DNA of 63,823 nucleotides, counting the filler, from Reticulomyxa filosa (Eukaryota; Protista; Foraminifera), in the NCBI GenBank assembly GCA_000512085.1. It is 22 parts of 22 records of this genome, joined end to end, with 100 filler letters (N's around TTAATTAATTAA, not from the genome) between each part and the next. Parts side by side here need not be neighbours in the genome. Positions count along the whole stretch, not along the records: positions 1 to 1,360 come from ASPP01002231.1; positions 1,461 to 2,966 come from ASPP01017342.1; positions 3,067 to 4,705 come from ASPP01008099.1; positions 4,806 to 6,611 come from ASPP01003560.1; positions 6,712 to 15,424 come from ASPP01007312.1; 17 more parts are not named here. One strand, 5' to 3'. The notes under the pieces are model-generated. The model was not told the DNA's origin. It ran no database searches and worked only from the letters and a program-made list of their open reading frames with translations. Of this stretch, positions 1-12,751 are shown piece by piece; within the stretch, counting starts at the first letter, position 1; every line of letters begins with the position of its first letter. Both the position numbers and the translations under genes were made by a program.

Positions 1-1360
1 TTTCTTTTCATCCTCGAGAAAAAGAGACTGTTCATTAGTTTGTTTGTTTTTTTTTTCTCTCTCCCAACCAATTTACAAAAAGTTCAAAATATCAACATCT
101 TTTATAAAAATAATACATTCGAGCTTTCTATTTTGTTTCTAACTTTGTTTGATTTCTGCTTATTTTGGGAGGGAATGTCAGCTGCAAAAAATCAAAGTTG
201 ACTTGCAAATCTTTTCACGTTTTGTAAGTACAAAATACTGTTGTCGCACTTGCAAGTTTTTTTTATTGATGTGGTTAAGTGTAATACGAAAAAAAAAGAA
301 TTTAGTTCTGAAAACAAATTTCAATAAAAAGAAAGTAGATTAATGACGAATAATTACAGCAAAATAAAAGGGTAAAACAATAGAGAAAGTGAGCTGTGTT
401 TGTGAAGAGGATTTAACCTGTTGGGGCTATGTGGAATTTACTAATTTAAAATTAACAATCTGATTATGTGCAAAAAAAAATTGATATATTTTTTTTATAA
501 AATATATTATTATATTTCTTTAAGTTTTTACTTATATAAAATTATTCTTAACAAAAAGATTAATAAAGAATCTTGAAATGGTAAAGTGTTTCTTTTAAAA
601 GTTAAATTCAATTTTAAACTGCTATCCTTATTCAGTTGTTAATTGAAAAAAAAAAAAGATCAAATTGCAGAAATGCATTTGTTTTCATTTTTAATTGTAA
701 ATGTAATGAATTTTAATCATTAGACTGAACTTTCAATAATAAGAAAATTATGTTCACTTGATAATCAATTAATTTACACTCTTTTTTTCGTTTAAAGTTA
801 GCTATTCACAATTTAACAATATATTATACTGAACAAGTATTATCAATATTACAAAATGCGAGAGTTGCGTTACAACCACACGTTTAGAAAAAAACAATGC
901 ATTTTTTACTTTTGTGCCAATCAACGAAATGAACGCACATGCAAAACATTGATAATTTTGCTTAAAACCGATAAATAATAGACCTTTCTTGCTACCATCA
1001 AGTTTTCTTGAATTCATTTTTTTTTTTGAGTAAAAAGACTATTGATATCTTTATGAAATCAATTTAAAGTTCAGTAAAAAAAAAGATGTTAAACTTTTGA
1101 CTATATTTTTCCCAAAAGGATATGTTCACATTTTTAAAATGGTATAAAAATTATTTTCAATGTTAGGAGTAATCTCTCAAGTGGCTGTAGTATTTTTGAA
1201 AAGTTGTAAAAAAAAAATAAAACATGTAAATTTTACAAACAAAATCAAATTATTATTAATTTTATACTTAAAATCAAGTCAAAGTGAATAAATCAGCTTT
1301 AAGACTTACTTAAAAGATTATTTGTACGAAGGTATAGTCAAGTGTAAAAAGAAGTTCGTC

Positions 1361-1460
1361 NNNNNNNNNNNNNNNNNNNNNNNNNNNNNNNNNNNNNNNN
1401 NNNNTTAATTAATTAANNNNNNNNNNNNNNNNNNNNNNNNNNNNNNNNNNNNNNNNNNNN
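1361..1460. other. Artificial contig-joining spacer (first of 21)
   Basis: N44-TTAATTAATTAA-N44, always 100 nt. The others start at 2967, 4706, 6612, 15425, 16996, 21148, 22462, 23856, 29406, 31829, 32992, 37230, 38713, 44158, 45907, 47985, 52846, 54298, 58461 and 60074. Confidence 0.99.
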
Positions 1461-1494
1461 TTTTTTTTTTTTTTTTTTAAAGTTTAAAAAAAAA

Positions 1495-1766
1495 CTATGT
1501 TAATAGACTGATATCGTTTGCAGAAGGATCATAAACAATCATAAGTTGTCCATTCTGTTGAAGATGATCCTTGATGAACTTTTGTGTGTCATCTGCATTG
1601 GAAAATGAATATGGTTTGGTCATGGACGAGTCGAGATTCCACCACACGTCATTTACTTTCTTAATCGCTAGCCAATGTCGTCCGTTGAACAAGTAATACT
1701 TTTTTTTGGGGACATTCAATATGTATCCCTCGACTGATCCCAACTGGCTCGTTTCTAAATTGAAAT

Positions 1767-1808
<42 letters not shown>

Positions 1809-2001
1809 TGTATATGTACATAAAAGTTGTGGCTCCATTGTTCCTCTTGCATACACACAAAAACATTCAATACTAACAAAGCGCAAAACTGTCTCGTGCG
1901 TCAAACCACTTCACTGAAAGGTCCTTGCGTTCTAATGCTACCATCATTACATTGGCGTCGTAATTGCCGTCACCACTGACCGATGTTTGTTTTTTTTTTT
2001 A

Positions 2002-2035
<34 letters not shown>

Positions 2036-2375
2036 TTGAACTTTAAAACCGAGTTTAATTACTTCAAACAAATAAATAAAAAAATTTTTAAAAAAATAAA
2101 AATAAAAAATGGAGTCGGAGAAGACAACCGACGCAAACTTAACAGCCAGGACCGATGGTTGTTGAAAAAATTTGGATCTAATCCCTCGCAGATATCGTCG
2201 AAATCCTTCTTGCTATACGCCTTTTCTCCCAACAACGAGTTCACTGCGTGCAACAAACACAGGCGTTGCGACTGCTTTTCGTGATACGGATCACTTGAAT
2301 TATTTGCTCCTTCATTTGCTGTTGGTTGCGACTTGCCCGTCGTTTCATTACTTTTTTTGTCAAAGAACTACCCAT
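1495..2375 (-). CDS. Josephin-domain deubiquitinase (JOSD1/2-like), 3 or more exons
   Basis: Spliced product PYHEKQSQRLCLLHAVNSLL...HRSWLGDGNYDANVMMVAL...KWFD...GRHWLAIKKVNDVWWNLDS carries the catalytic C, H and D motifs. Two GT-AG introns restore the frame. The 5' end needs a 1-nt indel or a 50-nt intron. Confidence 0.9.
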
Positions 2376-2712
2376 GGCCACTAATTTTAAGGAAATATCA
2401 AATGACAAGTTTTTTTTTTTCCTTTTCTTATCCTCCCTTTCTCCTGTCTCTCCACGAACTGCCTGCGCTGAAACATTTTGTCAATCTCAATTCGGCGTAT
2501 TTTAATACTAGGCACTATCCAGATGAAGGTAAGATACAAAATTAAATGTCGGATACGTCAAGATTTAAAAAAACATTATTTTGTAGTGCTTTTCTCGCTT
2601 ATGAAAATACAATATTGTAGGGTAGACAATTGCCAAGACTGCAAAACAACAGTTTTTTTCTTCCTCTCGCCAGCAAGGGCATTTCTCAATTAAAACCTGC
2701 TTTACCATAATC

Positions 2713-2966
2713 ATGCTACACTCCCTTCTTTTTTTCTCGGCATATATCGCAGTATCATTTGCCTACAACAATGGAGTTGGCCAATTCCCTGCTATGGGGT
2801 TATGTATTGAATAACTTACAATTTCTGGGAACAACAAAAAAAAAAAAAAAGTAAAGACAAAGTCCGCGTTTGGTGCAAACAACAAAAAAAAAAAGGTGGA
2901 ACACATGGTGTTCAACGAATAAATGTGGTTATGATGTATGCAACGAGGACGAAGTGAAAGAAATCG
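2713..2966 (+). CDS. GH27 alpha-galactosidase/NAGA, 5' part
   Basis: Signal peptide followed by YNNGVGQFPAMG|WNTWC...CNEDEVKEI. Intron 2799-2895. Cut off by the contig end; head-to-head with the Josephin gene. Confidence 0.85.
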
Positions 2967-3066
2967 NNNNNNNNNNNNNNNNNNNNNNNNNNNNNNNNNN
3001 NNNNNNNNNNTTAATTAATTAANNNNNNNNNNNNNNNNNNNNNNNNNNNNNNNNNNNNNNNNNNNN

Positions 3067-3072
3067 TATATA

Positions 3073-3106
<34 letters not shown>
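3067..3106. repeat. (TA)n microsatellite at contig edge
   Basis: Visible TA run. Confidence 0.9.
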
Positions 3107-3110
<4 letters not shown>

Positions 3111-3192
3111 AATATAAGTTGTTATACGTATATGTTCTAACTATAGAGGCACTCAATTAAAAAAAGTGAATATCATTGAAATGAATACAAAC

Positions 3193-4062
3193 CTCGAAAG
3201 CTTGACGCCAGTCCAAAGCAATGTTTCCAAAGCAACAATGCCTGAGCGTATTCTTTGATGATGAAGCAGAGTGTCCCGTAATGTCGATAGGCAGTGGAAT
3301 CTTTGTCATTGATGCGAATGGCAGTGATGTAATGATCCTGAGCTTCTTCAAAGCGCTTCATTTCGACCAAGCACAAGCCATATTCCACGTGGACGCCATA
3401 ATGAGTGGGCCACATTTGCAGCAGCTTTCGGAACTGCACCTCGCTCGTCGACAATTGGTTGATCTTGCGCAAACAGCGAGCATAGCAAAACAAGCACACA
3501 AAATACCGTTTCTGGATTTCGCTCATGGTTTCGCCATTGGCGTGGCCATTACTCGAATTGGAATCTGTCGTCTGTATGTTGTTGCCATCGATGGCTGTTG
3601 TAGTAACTGCTGTCGCTGTCGCTGTTGTTGTTGTTGTTGGAAGATCTGGAGCAGCAGCAATAGCAGCACTAGTAGAAGTAGTAGCATTCGTAATGGCCGT
3701 AGTAGTAGTAGTAGTAGTAGTAGGCGCCTTGGAGGGGACAGCGCTCGTGACAGTAGCAATTTCTGTTATGATCAGCCCTGTCATGGGTGTGTTCGAGTGC
3801 GTGCCATTTATGCTGGCTACAGTTTCGTCCGTTTGGTCTTTCACACTTCCTGTTGTTGTCGTCGTCGTCGTCGTCGTCGTCGTGGGTGCAGCTGTGCCTG
3901 TAGCTGTAGCTGTAGTAGCAGCAGTTGTTGTTGTTGCCGTTCCATTTATCAACAACTCTGTTGTTGCAATTGGTTTGGCATTGCTATGATTATGAATTGG
4001 AATTCCATTGAAATTGAGATCATGAGGAAGAGGAGGAGAAGAGTTTTGATTAAATCCAGAGA

Positions 4063-4107
<45 letters not shown>

Positions 4108-4665
4108 CATTTTTATGATCAATGTTACTATCTTGTACTTGTTCTTGCACTTGCTCTTGTGCATGCTCTTTGGTAAGAAAATCCAAATGCTCCTTTTCTC
4201 GCATGTCGACGGCGTAACGATAATGCACGACGGCCTGATCGTATGCCTCGCATTGCTCCAAGGCATAGGCGTAGTTGTAGTTGATTTCGTCGCGGTTGGT
4301 AAGCGGGATGCCTTCGTAGTGGTTGATGGAGTGGTCGTTGTAGACGTCGATGATCTGCTGAAACTCTTTGACGGCCTGGTCGTACTTGTTCCACTCCATG
4401 TACACGTTCCCGAGATGTCTGCGCATGGCGACGTTGGCAGGGTCCAAGTTCAAGGCCTTGAGCAGGTACGTTTCCGCGTCTTCGTAGCGCTGGAAGCCGA
4501 AGCAGAGCAGCACCGCGTATGCCGCATACAAATGCGGCATGCCGTCCGCCCATGGCAGCAGCATCTGCCACGTATCTAATGACTTTTCAAACTCCCCTTT
4601 CAAAAACGCCTCCTCGGCTATTTGTTTCATTTTCAATATGTACACATTTGTTTTATTATCTATTC

Positions 4666-4705
<40 letters not shown>
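3193..4705 (-). CDS. TPR protein with poly-Asn/Thr-rich insertion (partial; paralogue of 38813-40729)
   Basis: ORF 3173-4645 with TPRs (YEDAETYLLKALNLDP, YDQAVKEFQ, FEEAQDHYITAIRIN). Phase-1 donor GTTTGT at 3192. Confidence 0.85.
4063..4110. repeat. (ATT)n tract coding poly-Asn
   Basis: In-frame AAT repeats on the minus strand. Confidence 0.9.
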
Positions 4706-4829
4706 NNNNNNNNNNNNNNNNNNNNNNNNNNNNNNNNNNNNNNNNNNNNTTAATTAATTAANNNNNNNNNNNNNNNNNNNNNNNNNNNNNNNNNNNNNNN
4801 NNNNNAAAAAAAAAGGCCGCAATGAAACA

Positions 4830-5480
4830 ATGTCAAGTGAATCTGAACTTTGTTGTAATGACTGTTTTTATAAGAATGTGTTGTGTGTGCATTACAACAT
4901 ATGTCCCGACTGCCTCTATGGCTACGTATGCCATTGTTGTTTTTGGAGCAGCAACAAGCGCAAAATATGTGCGTACGCCATACTTTACAATAAATTTTAT
5001 ATTTGCATTTACGTATGGATTCTTGTAGTCACTGTCGTGGTTATTGTTGAAAACGTTGTTGCTCGAAAAAAGATAACCGGGAATGTCAATAATGATCACG
5101 TCGCTGTCAAAGTGTTGGACGTTGTTTGCGTGGGGTTAATGTTATTTGATGTCACTATGCAAGTTTAATTTTTTTGTTTATTTTTTTCTTCTTTGAACAA
5201 TGCCTTTTTTTTGTATTGAATAAAAAGATATTAGCTCATTGGGATAAGTATTGGACGTCTTATTTGAACATATGTGATTTTATTGTCGTGTTATTGTGCG
5301 CTTGTGCACTACCGGTATATTGGATAATATTACCTTCATTCATCGTATTTAAGGTTATATTATTAGTCCGCTTTTCTGTACAATTTTTACGAATTTTTAT
5401 GATATGAAGACATCAGCGCCATCGAAGTCATTCCATAAAGACGTCTCAACACGATATCGTTGATTTTAATGGTTTAAATG
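4830..5480 (+). CDS. Cys-rich N-terminus plus 4-TM voltage-sensor-like (Ion_trans-like) domain; TGA at 5405
   Basis: TM1 FYICIYVWILVV and TM2 LDVVCVGLMLFDVTMQ, intron ~5163-5227, then YWTSYLNICDFIVVLLC (S3-like) and LLVRFSVQFLRIFMI (S4-like). Confidence 0.6.
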
Positions 5481-5749
5481 GTAAGCATGTCGTTCACTTT
5501 GTGCAAGGTAATGCATCTGCACAACCAAAGACTGATCGGTCCATAAAACCTGAAATCACGGTTGTATCAAAACAGGAAGAATAAAATCAAAAAAGACAGA
5601 GCTTTAATTGCTTTGGACTTTCATTACAAAAGGTCAATGACATGGAATCTGTGTGTTCTAACTCTGACTCAAGTACTCAACAAAATACATCAAACACGTC
5701 GGCAAAGCGCTCAAAACTCAGAATTAATGTTTATTGCCATTTAATTGAT

Positions 5750-6611
5750 TTACCACAAAATATCATCTTTTTCTGAGTCATCTTTTTTTTCTTCTGCAGT
5801 ATCGTTCGTCTTGGCTTGCACCTCGGCAACTTTATGACGATACTGACTTGCCAAATCCCATCTTTTTTGCTTTTGGTAAAGAATAGCAAATTGTTCATAG
5901 ACAAAGATAAAATCGGTATCAAAAGGCAGAAGTATCTTATTATAAATGTCAAGGCCCTTTTCAAATTTTTTTAAAGCGTAAGTAAGTTGATGATTTCCGA
6001 TGTCACAAATTCCCAGATTGATGTAATTCCTTGCAGCATCACGATGTCCATCGCCATGCACTATCGAGAAAGTTCGGAGTGCAAGATTGTAATTCTGAAT
6101 CTCTTGTTTTATATTGCCATCCTGAAAAGAAAGATCAGCGATAGTTTCATACGAAGATGCAACATCAGCATGACTACGTCCAAATTGCTTCGATCTTAAC
6201 TGCAACAGCTTTGTGGCAGTGTCAATTGCCTGAGTATGTTGAGAATTCTCCATATAAATAGCACTCAACTTGTCATAGCAATAAGTGAGTTCATTAAATG
6301 TAGCTTTGGTAATCTGTTTTAAAAATATGGCAATGGCTTTTTCAAAAGCATCAATGGCATTATTAAGTTCGTTGTTACAATAATAACTTTCTGCTACCAT
6401 TTTGTACGTATAGGTCATACATAAATCGTACGGATCAAGAAGACCGAGTCGAATATTCACAGATTTGGAAAACCAATGAATGGCTTTTCTGTGGTCTCCT
6501 TTTCGATTATATGAAAAGCCTAGATTGTAGCAAGTGAGTGTCACATCCAAATTATTCTGTCCAAATGTCTGTTTTCCAATGCCTAATGCTTTTTTATTGT
6601 ATTCAATCGAC
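5750..6611 (-). CDS. Kinesin-light-chain-type TPR repeat protein (3' part)
   Basis: ~42-aa repeats such as GQNNLDVTLTCYNLG, GRSHADVASSYETIA and GDGHRDAARNYINLG. Confidence 0.85.
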
Positions 6612-6711
6612 NNNNNNNNNNNNNNNNNNNNNNNNNNNNNNNNNNNNNNNNNNNNTTAATTAATTAANNNNNNNNNNNNNNNNNNNNNNNNNNNNNNNNN
6701 NNNNNNNNNNN

Positions 6712-7958
6712 AATAATAATAACAACGATGAAACACAATTACAACCAGTGTTCAATGCCAAAGAATACAACAAAAACAAAGAGAAGGCATTGCGTGTGGC
6801 AATTGCAGTGCTGATAACTCGAGACCCTGGCGTGCGTGGTGGCTTTCTCGACAGCGCAGGGGCATTGGTCGTCAGCATCATTGAAGCGCAGTCAGTTCAC
6901 AACATCACGCTCATTGCTTTGATACATACCAATGTCACTCGCTGCGTCCCTATTCTCAAAGTATTTGGCTATCAAATCCGTTCTTACGATGTTTCGTTCA
7001 AATGCAACTTCAATACTGCATACACATATACACATATGTGTATGTTTGTGTACGTATACGTGGATTTATATGAAAACATCTCCAATGCATATAACAACAA
7101 CAACACAAAAAAAGCTTCCTTTTGAATGGTGGCAAGTGAAGAACGAACAAATTGGGAAAGAGATGCGTACAGATGGGTGCTGCGGGCTATTGGAGACACT
7201 AAAATTGTATGCATGGACGTGGGAAGGGGAGTTTGATGTTGTGCTGTCGATTGACGCGGATGTCCATTTCCACAAAAACTTTGACGAACTGTTCCTTCTG
7301 AACACGACGTTGGGGTGGACTCACGGCGCAACTGCCGACATTGGACAGGAGCTGATGAACGGGGGCTATCTGGTCGTCAGGCCCAACCGGAGACATTTCG
7401 ACGAGATGAAGGAGTTGCTATTGGAAGGAGATTTCCGGTCTGGCACTGGGTGGAAAGGTTCGGGTATTGGCTGGGTGTACGGTGGACGAACGATACAGGT
7501 TTCATTTTGAAAGAGAGGAGGAATACTTGTTTTTTTTTTTTTTTTTGAGTTTGAACTTTTTTGAGTCCCCCCCCCTTTTTTTTTTTTAAAAAAAAAAAAA
7601 GGGTATTGTTCCGTATTATTACTTTAAAGTCGCTGTTGGAGATGAAACAGAGTTCTCGCGGTGTAAGTATAACAACATGGTAGAACTAGAAAAATGCCGT
7701 AAATGGGACTACAAGAATGTTACTTCCAATCATTTCACTTGGTGCCAAAAACCTTGGTATTGCATACGTCAACAAGTCCCTCTATGTGATCACTTTCGAA
7801 ATCGTTGGTGGCAGAGATCCTGGAAGTTGGAAACGCAATACTTGCAACTAAAACCATCACGTCCGGAATGCCCCAAAGGCAGATATCAATCTACTGATTA
7901 CAGTGCCTCTCCTTTTGTGCAAAAGTTCTTTGCTCAAAATCATCTGCAACTTACTTGA
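6712..7958 (+). CDS. GT8-like (GT-A fold) glycosyltransferase, 5' truncated
   Basis: KLYAWT..FDVVLSIDAD (DxD), MNGGYLVVRP, GGRTIQ|GIVPYY, NHFTWCQKPW. Introns 6991-7114 and 7499-7601 restore the frame. Confidence 0.8.
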
Positions 7959-8378
7959 TTTTTTTTTTGTTTGCTTGTTTGTTTGACTATGCTCTTGTTT
8001 CTTGCTCTCGTTTCTTTGTTTTTTTCCCCCTCTTTCTTTCTGTCTCTCTCCCTCTCCTTGCCCAAACTCCAAACTTTTTCCCCTTCCCTCCCTCTCTCTC
8101 ATAAAATTTCTTTTTTACGGTCTTGCACATGTGTCTGAAAGAGTGTCGGCATTGACCCTCAATTTGCTCTTTAATTCTATCATATGTTATGACATAGCAG
8201 TTTTTTGCTGTCCAAATAAACTATATTATTCGCATCTTTGCAACAAAACTCTTTTTTAAAAAAAATCTGAAAAAGTTCAAGGACAAGGTTTTAATATAAA
8301 GAAAAAAACTCTTGCATATTGATCAGTATTGAAAAAAAATATATTATATCCACATCAAAAAGCTTGGGCAAACACAAA

Positions 8379-10578
8379 ATGTCACAAAAAGTATCAGTGA
8401 AGAAGTATACGTATTGCATTATAGGGGGTGGGATCGCAGGGGTGACCTGTTGTGAGGAACTAATCCGACTATTGACCGAAGAAAGACAGAAGGAAAACGA
8501 GTCAATAGTTTTGCTTTCGGCGAGCAGCATATTGAAAGGAGTGGACAAATTGGTGAAGCTATCACAAAACTTGTTGGACGTAAGCGTGAAGGAGTACTCT
8601 GCAGAGGACTTTGAAAAGAAGGTGTTGCCAAAGGAGACAAACGAAAAGCAGCAAAATGAAGCACACAAGCCAAAGTTGACAGTGATACAAGGAGTGGTAC
8701 AAAACGTTGATCCAAAAAAGAACGAGCTGAGTTTTTTCGACATTTCGACGCAACAGTTGGTGTGTCCGCAAAAAAAAAAAAAAAAGATAGAGGCAAAAAA
8801 AAACTGCCTCCAAAAAAAAAAAAGGACTCTTTTTATTTAAATATATGTATATGTATATGTATACGTACATGCATTGATACTTTTTGCTTAAAAAAATAAA
8901 TAATAAAAAAAACATGTACACGCATGCACGCAATATATACGTAGTCGCAATTGAAATTTGAGAAGTGCTTGATTGCTACTGGAGGTATGCCTCGACGATA
9001 TCATTTAGACAGCGACGAGTCGGGGAAACAAAGCGATGCAGGCATAATTGCATTGCGAGATAGTGAGACGGTGGCCGAACTGTCCGAGCAATTGGGCAGA
9101 GTGTCAAGGATTTGTTTGGTCGGAAATGGAGGCATAGCTTTGGAGTTGGTGTACGCCCTGACACATGAAATGGACTCTAAAGAGCGCGCAGCTGCAAAGG
9201 AGGGACATGCACACAAGAAAAAAAGAGATGTCACTTGGGTGGTTCGACACTCGCATATTGGAAATACGTTTTTGGACGAAGCATCGGCTGCTTTTCTAAT
9301 CCCCAGCCTGTTTCCGGAAAAAGACCCCGACGTCGGACCTGGACGTACTCACTCCATTCGTCCACTGTCCGTCGATGACACCACCGTGATCCAGTCTACA
9401 AATTCGACCAAATCAAGTTTTTTTTTTAAAAAAAAAAAAAGAGTGTGTGTGTATGTATACGTATATAGAAGAAAATCAAAAAAATTTTGTTGTTGTTGTT
9501 GTTGCAAAAACAAAAACGAATAGAGACAGTAACATTTGGAGGAGCTGTAGGTCCGCGTTGGGTTGGCCAATTGAGTCACGTGCCGTCGATGGACAAACCA
9601 CATTGGATGGAACATTATGAAGTTTACGAGAGCAATGATGGTAGTGATCACGGCCGTGAAGAAGCAGAGGCAACAGCAACCAAAACTTTGGAGGGTAATG
9701 AAAAAGGAAACGACAACGATGATGACGAAGAGATGAAGCAACGTAATGACAAAACGGAGTCCCACGACAACATCAGCAATAATGACAAAGATGGAGCCAA
9801 TCGGAATTTCCAGTTGCACCTGCAACTGAACACGGAGATCGCGTCCATCAAACGCGTGAACAAGAGTGACCAGCACCAAGATCAGAGCCAGTCCGAATTG
9901 GAAATCAAGCTGACGAACGGGAAGACTCTACATTGCGACCTGCTCTTGTGTGCCATGGGCGTGCTGCCATACACTCCATATTGCGATCCGAAGGTGCTCT
10001 CCAAAACGTCGAAAAATGGAGCCTTGATAGTGAACGAGTTTTTGCAAGCACGCAACTACCCGCACATCTTTGCAGCTGGCGATTGTTGCAAGTTGGAGTC
10101 CAGAGCCACCGTCCACGAAAAAGGCAGCGACGATATCCACGCTTGGTTTCAAATGCAACTGTGGTCACAGGCGCAACAAATGGGATGGATTGCCGCTCAT
10201 GCCATGTTTTACGATCCCAAAGATTATGAAAACGACGTCCACTTGTGTTTCAATTGGGAACTGTTTGCACATGTCACCAAGTTCTTCAACAAAAAGTGCA
10301 TCTTTTTGGGGAGGTTCAACGGACAGGGTCTGAGGGACTCCGAATTTCTCAAATATAACACGAAGATGAAAATGGAGTTGGAGAAACAACAAATGATTAA
10401 GTTGGTTGTTGAAGTAAACGAATACACAGGGAGAGAAAGAGTAATGGGGGCTGTGCTTATCGGTGACACCGGTTTAGAAGAAACTTGTGAGAACTTGATT
10501 TTAAACAAAACTGACATTTCCAAATTTGGGGACGACTTTTTGAGCGTAGACGTTGATTTGGAGGACATGTTTGATTAA
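8379..10578 (+). CDS. PYROXD1: Pyridine nucleotide-disulphide oxidoreductase domain protein 1
   Basis: GGGIAG, ATGG.P, GNGGIALELV, FAAGDCC, WFQMQLWSQAQQMG, ELFAHVTKFF, GAVLIGDTGLEETCENLILN. Introns 8760-8944 and 9417-9523. Confidence 0.93.
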
Positions 10579-10838
10579 AAGATATTATCATTATTATTGT
10601 TTTTATTTTTATTGTTAGTCAAAACTCCTCCTTCAAAACAATCGAAAACTTTTTTTTTTTACAAATAGTTAAACTTGGATAATTCTTAGATCAAAGAGAT
10701 TTAAGTATAGTTAAAGTTCAATCCAAATATTTCGGCTATAATAAAAAAGTAAGGGCTAACTTTAAAAACGTGGTAAAAGTGTATGTCTTTTTTTTTGTAT
10801 CTTGCCCCTCTTGTAATACATTTCTCAACGTCACTGCA

Positions 10839-12705
10839 ATGAAGTTCCTAAGCTTGCTGGTCTTTATTTCGACATGGCTGCAACTTTTAAAGGGTCAAAA
10901 GCCATGCGGTTGTATAATCGCATTAGGTGAGTCACAAGTAGTGAAATTGTTTTTATTTTTTTGGACCACTTTTTTTTTTTTTTTAGCTCCTCATTTTTTT
11001 TTTAAAAAAAGTGTCCGCCCTTTCACATAGCGACTGATGGATCATTTTACGGAATTGACATACCCACGGGTTATATGCAGAAAGTATTATCACTAAACAT
11101 ATCAGTGACTAACCTGGACCAGGATACATCATCATCACCACCGATCTACTATGCACTGGCCGTAAACGGAGACTTGTACAAAATAGGTCTGTGCAAGCCA
11201 ACTATCAAAAAGATGGGCAGCACCGGGGTGGCCAATGCTCGTGCCACCGCGTACGACCCGAGCTCAAAACTGTTCGCCTTTACGGTACCGTCTGCCGGTT
11301 CGACGAAGCGTGTTCTCACGTCAAGTTATGTCATGATCATGTCCCCCCCCCCCCCCGTCCTACCCCCTTTTTTTTTTTTAAAAAAAAAACAATGTCCGAA
11401 AAAATACAGTCGATCTGGGGACATTGAAGGCGACGACAATTGGAAATACGGCAGACAATATCAACGCTGCAGTATACAATTTGAACATGGAAAATACCTT
11501 GTACGCTTCGGGTTCCTCACTTTATATCGTCAAGGAAACAAGTGGCGCTATCAGTACGCAGACCTCTTCTATCACCACCATGGATGGCATTGATTACTAC
11601 AGGTTTGTGTAATTTGCAATACGTCGAGATACAAAGGGAGGGATATATACATATGTGTTGTATATGTATACGTATTGATATCATGTATGTATACACATAT
11701 ACGTATATAATGCGTACATATTTATTTCCACAAATTTTTTTTTTTTTTTTTGCAATGAATGACCACCACAGATGTAAAGACACGACAAACAGTACGACGC
11801 TTTTGGGAATGGTATCCGGTGACTATGCAGTATATAAAATAGATCTTGCCGCGCAAAAGATTGGTACCTCCTTCAAGGCAGATAAGGCATTGAAGATTGC
11901 AGGAATTGCTACCTATGGCGGGGCTTGTTGCGCTCTGTGCAACTGGAACTTTCCATGCTGTTATCTATCTATACATATACACATGTATATGTATATATGT
12001 ATATATGTGTATATATGTACATATATACATATATATATATATTTTTGTTTTGTTTGTTTTGCGTGATGAAATACAGATCCATATACAACCGCCCCAACGA
12101 AGCAACCCACGACGACACAAACTCCCACAAAGCTTCCGACGACACAAACTCCTACAAAACCTCCGACGACAAAGACGCCCACAGTATACCCAACTAAAAA
12201 GCCGACAAACAGACCTACCACCAAGTACCCTACCAATCAACCCAACAATAACCCGTCACTTGCGCCTTTGCCGGCTCCTTCCTTTTCTCCCACCCTCTTC
12301 CCCACCAAGTTTGCCAACTGTCTTGTCTTTGCTTTTGTAGTAGATTGGGGGAGGAGGGCAACTTTCATCTTGTCTGATGTGTCACATACACACAATTTAG
12401 TTGTCTCTTCAATGCTAACACGGTGCATCTCACAAAGTATATGTATGTATGCACCAAAGAAAACCAACACAGAGCCCAAGCTTGTCTCCATCGTGGAGTC
12501 CAACCTTGTATCCCACACTCCATCCAACCACCACCACCACCTTTTTGTTTCCATCCGCTTCACCTACCCGTTTCCTCCCTTCCCAAGTTCTGTCGTCGGG
12601 ATCGTTGTGCCTGCGCACACACACATACATATGCGTATACACGTACATATACGTACATATATGCAATGCAAGACAATTATTTGTATAGACTGTTATCTAA
12701 TTCAC

Positions 12706-12751
<46 letters not shown>

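Noticed and set aside
1-1360. Short ORFs in the first contig
   Set aside because: AT-rich non-coding composition with no recognisable motifs.
3221-4579. 452-aa antisense ORF and other nested ORFs
   Set aside because: A shadow of the TPR gene caused by triplet repeats and GC3-rich codons; no domain signal.
5582-5584. Second premature stop in the VSD-like gene
   Set aside because: It lies downstream of a strong donor at 5481, so it may be intronic or in the UTR.
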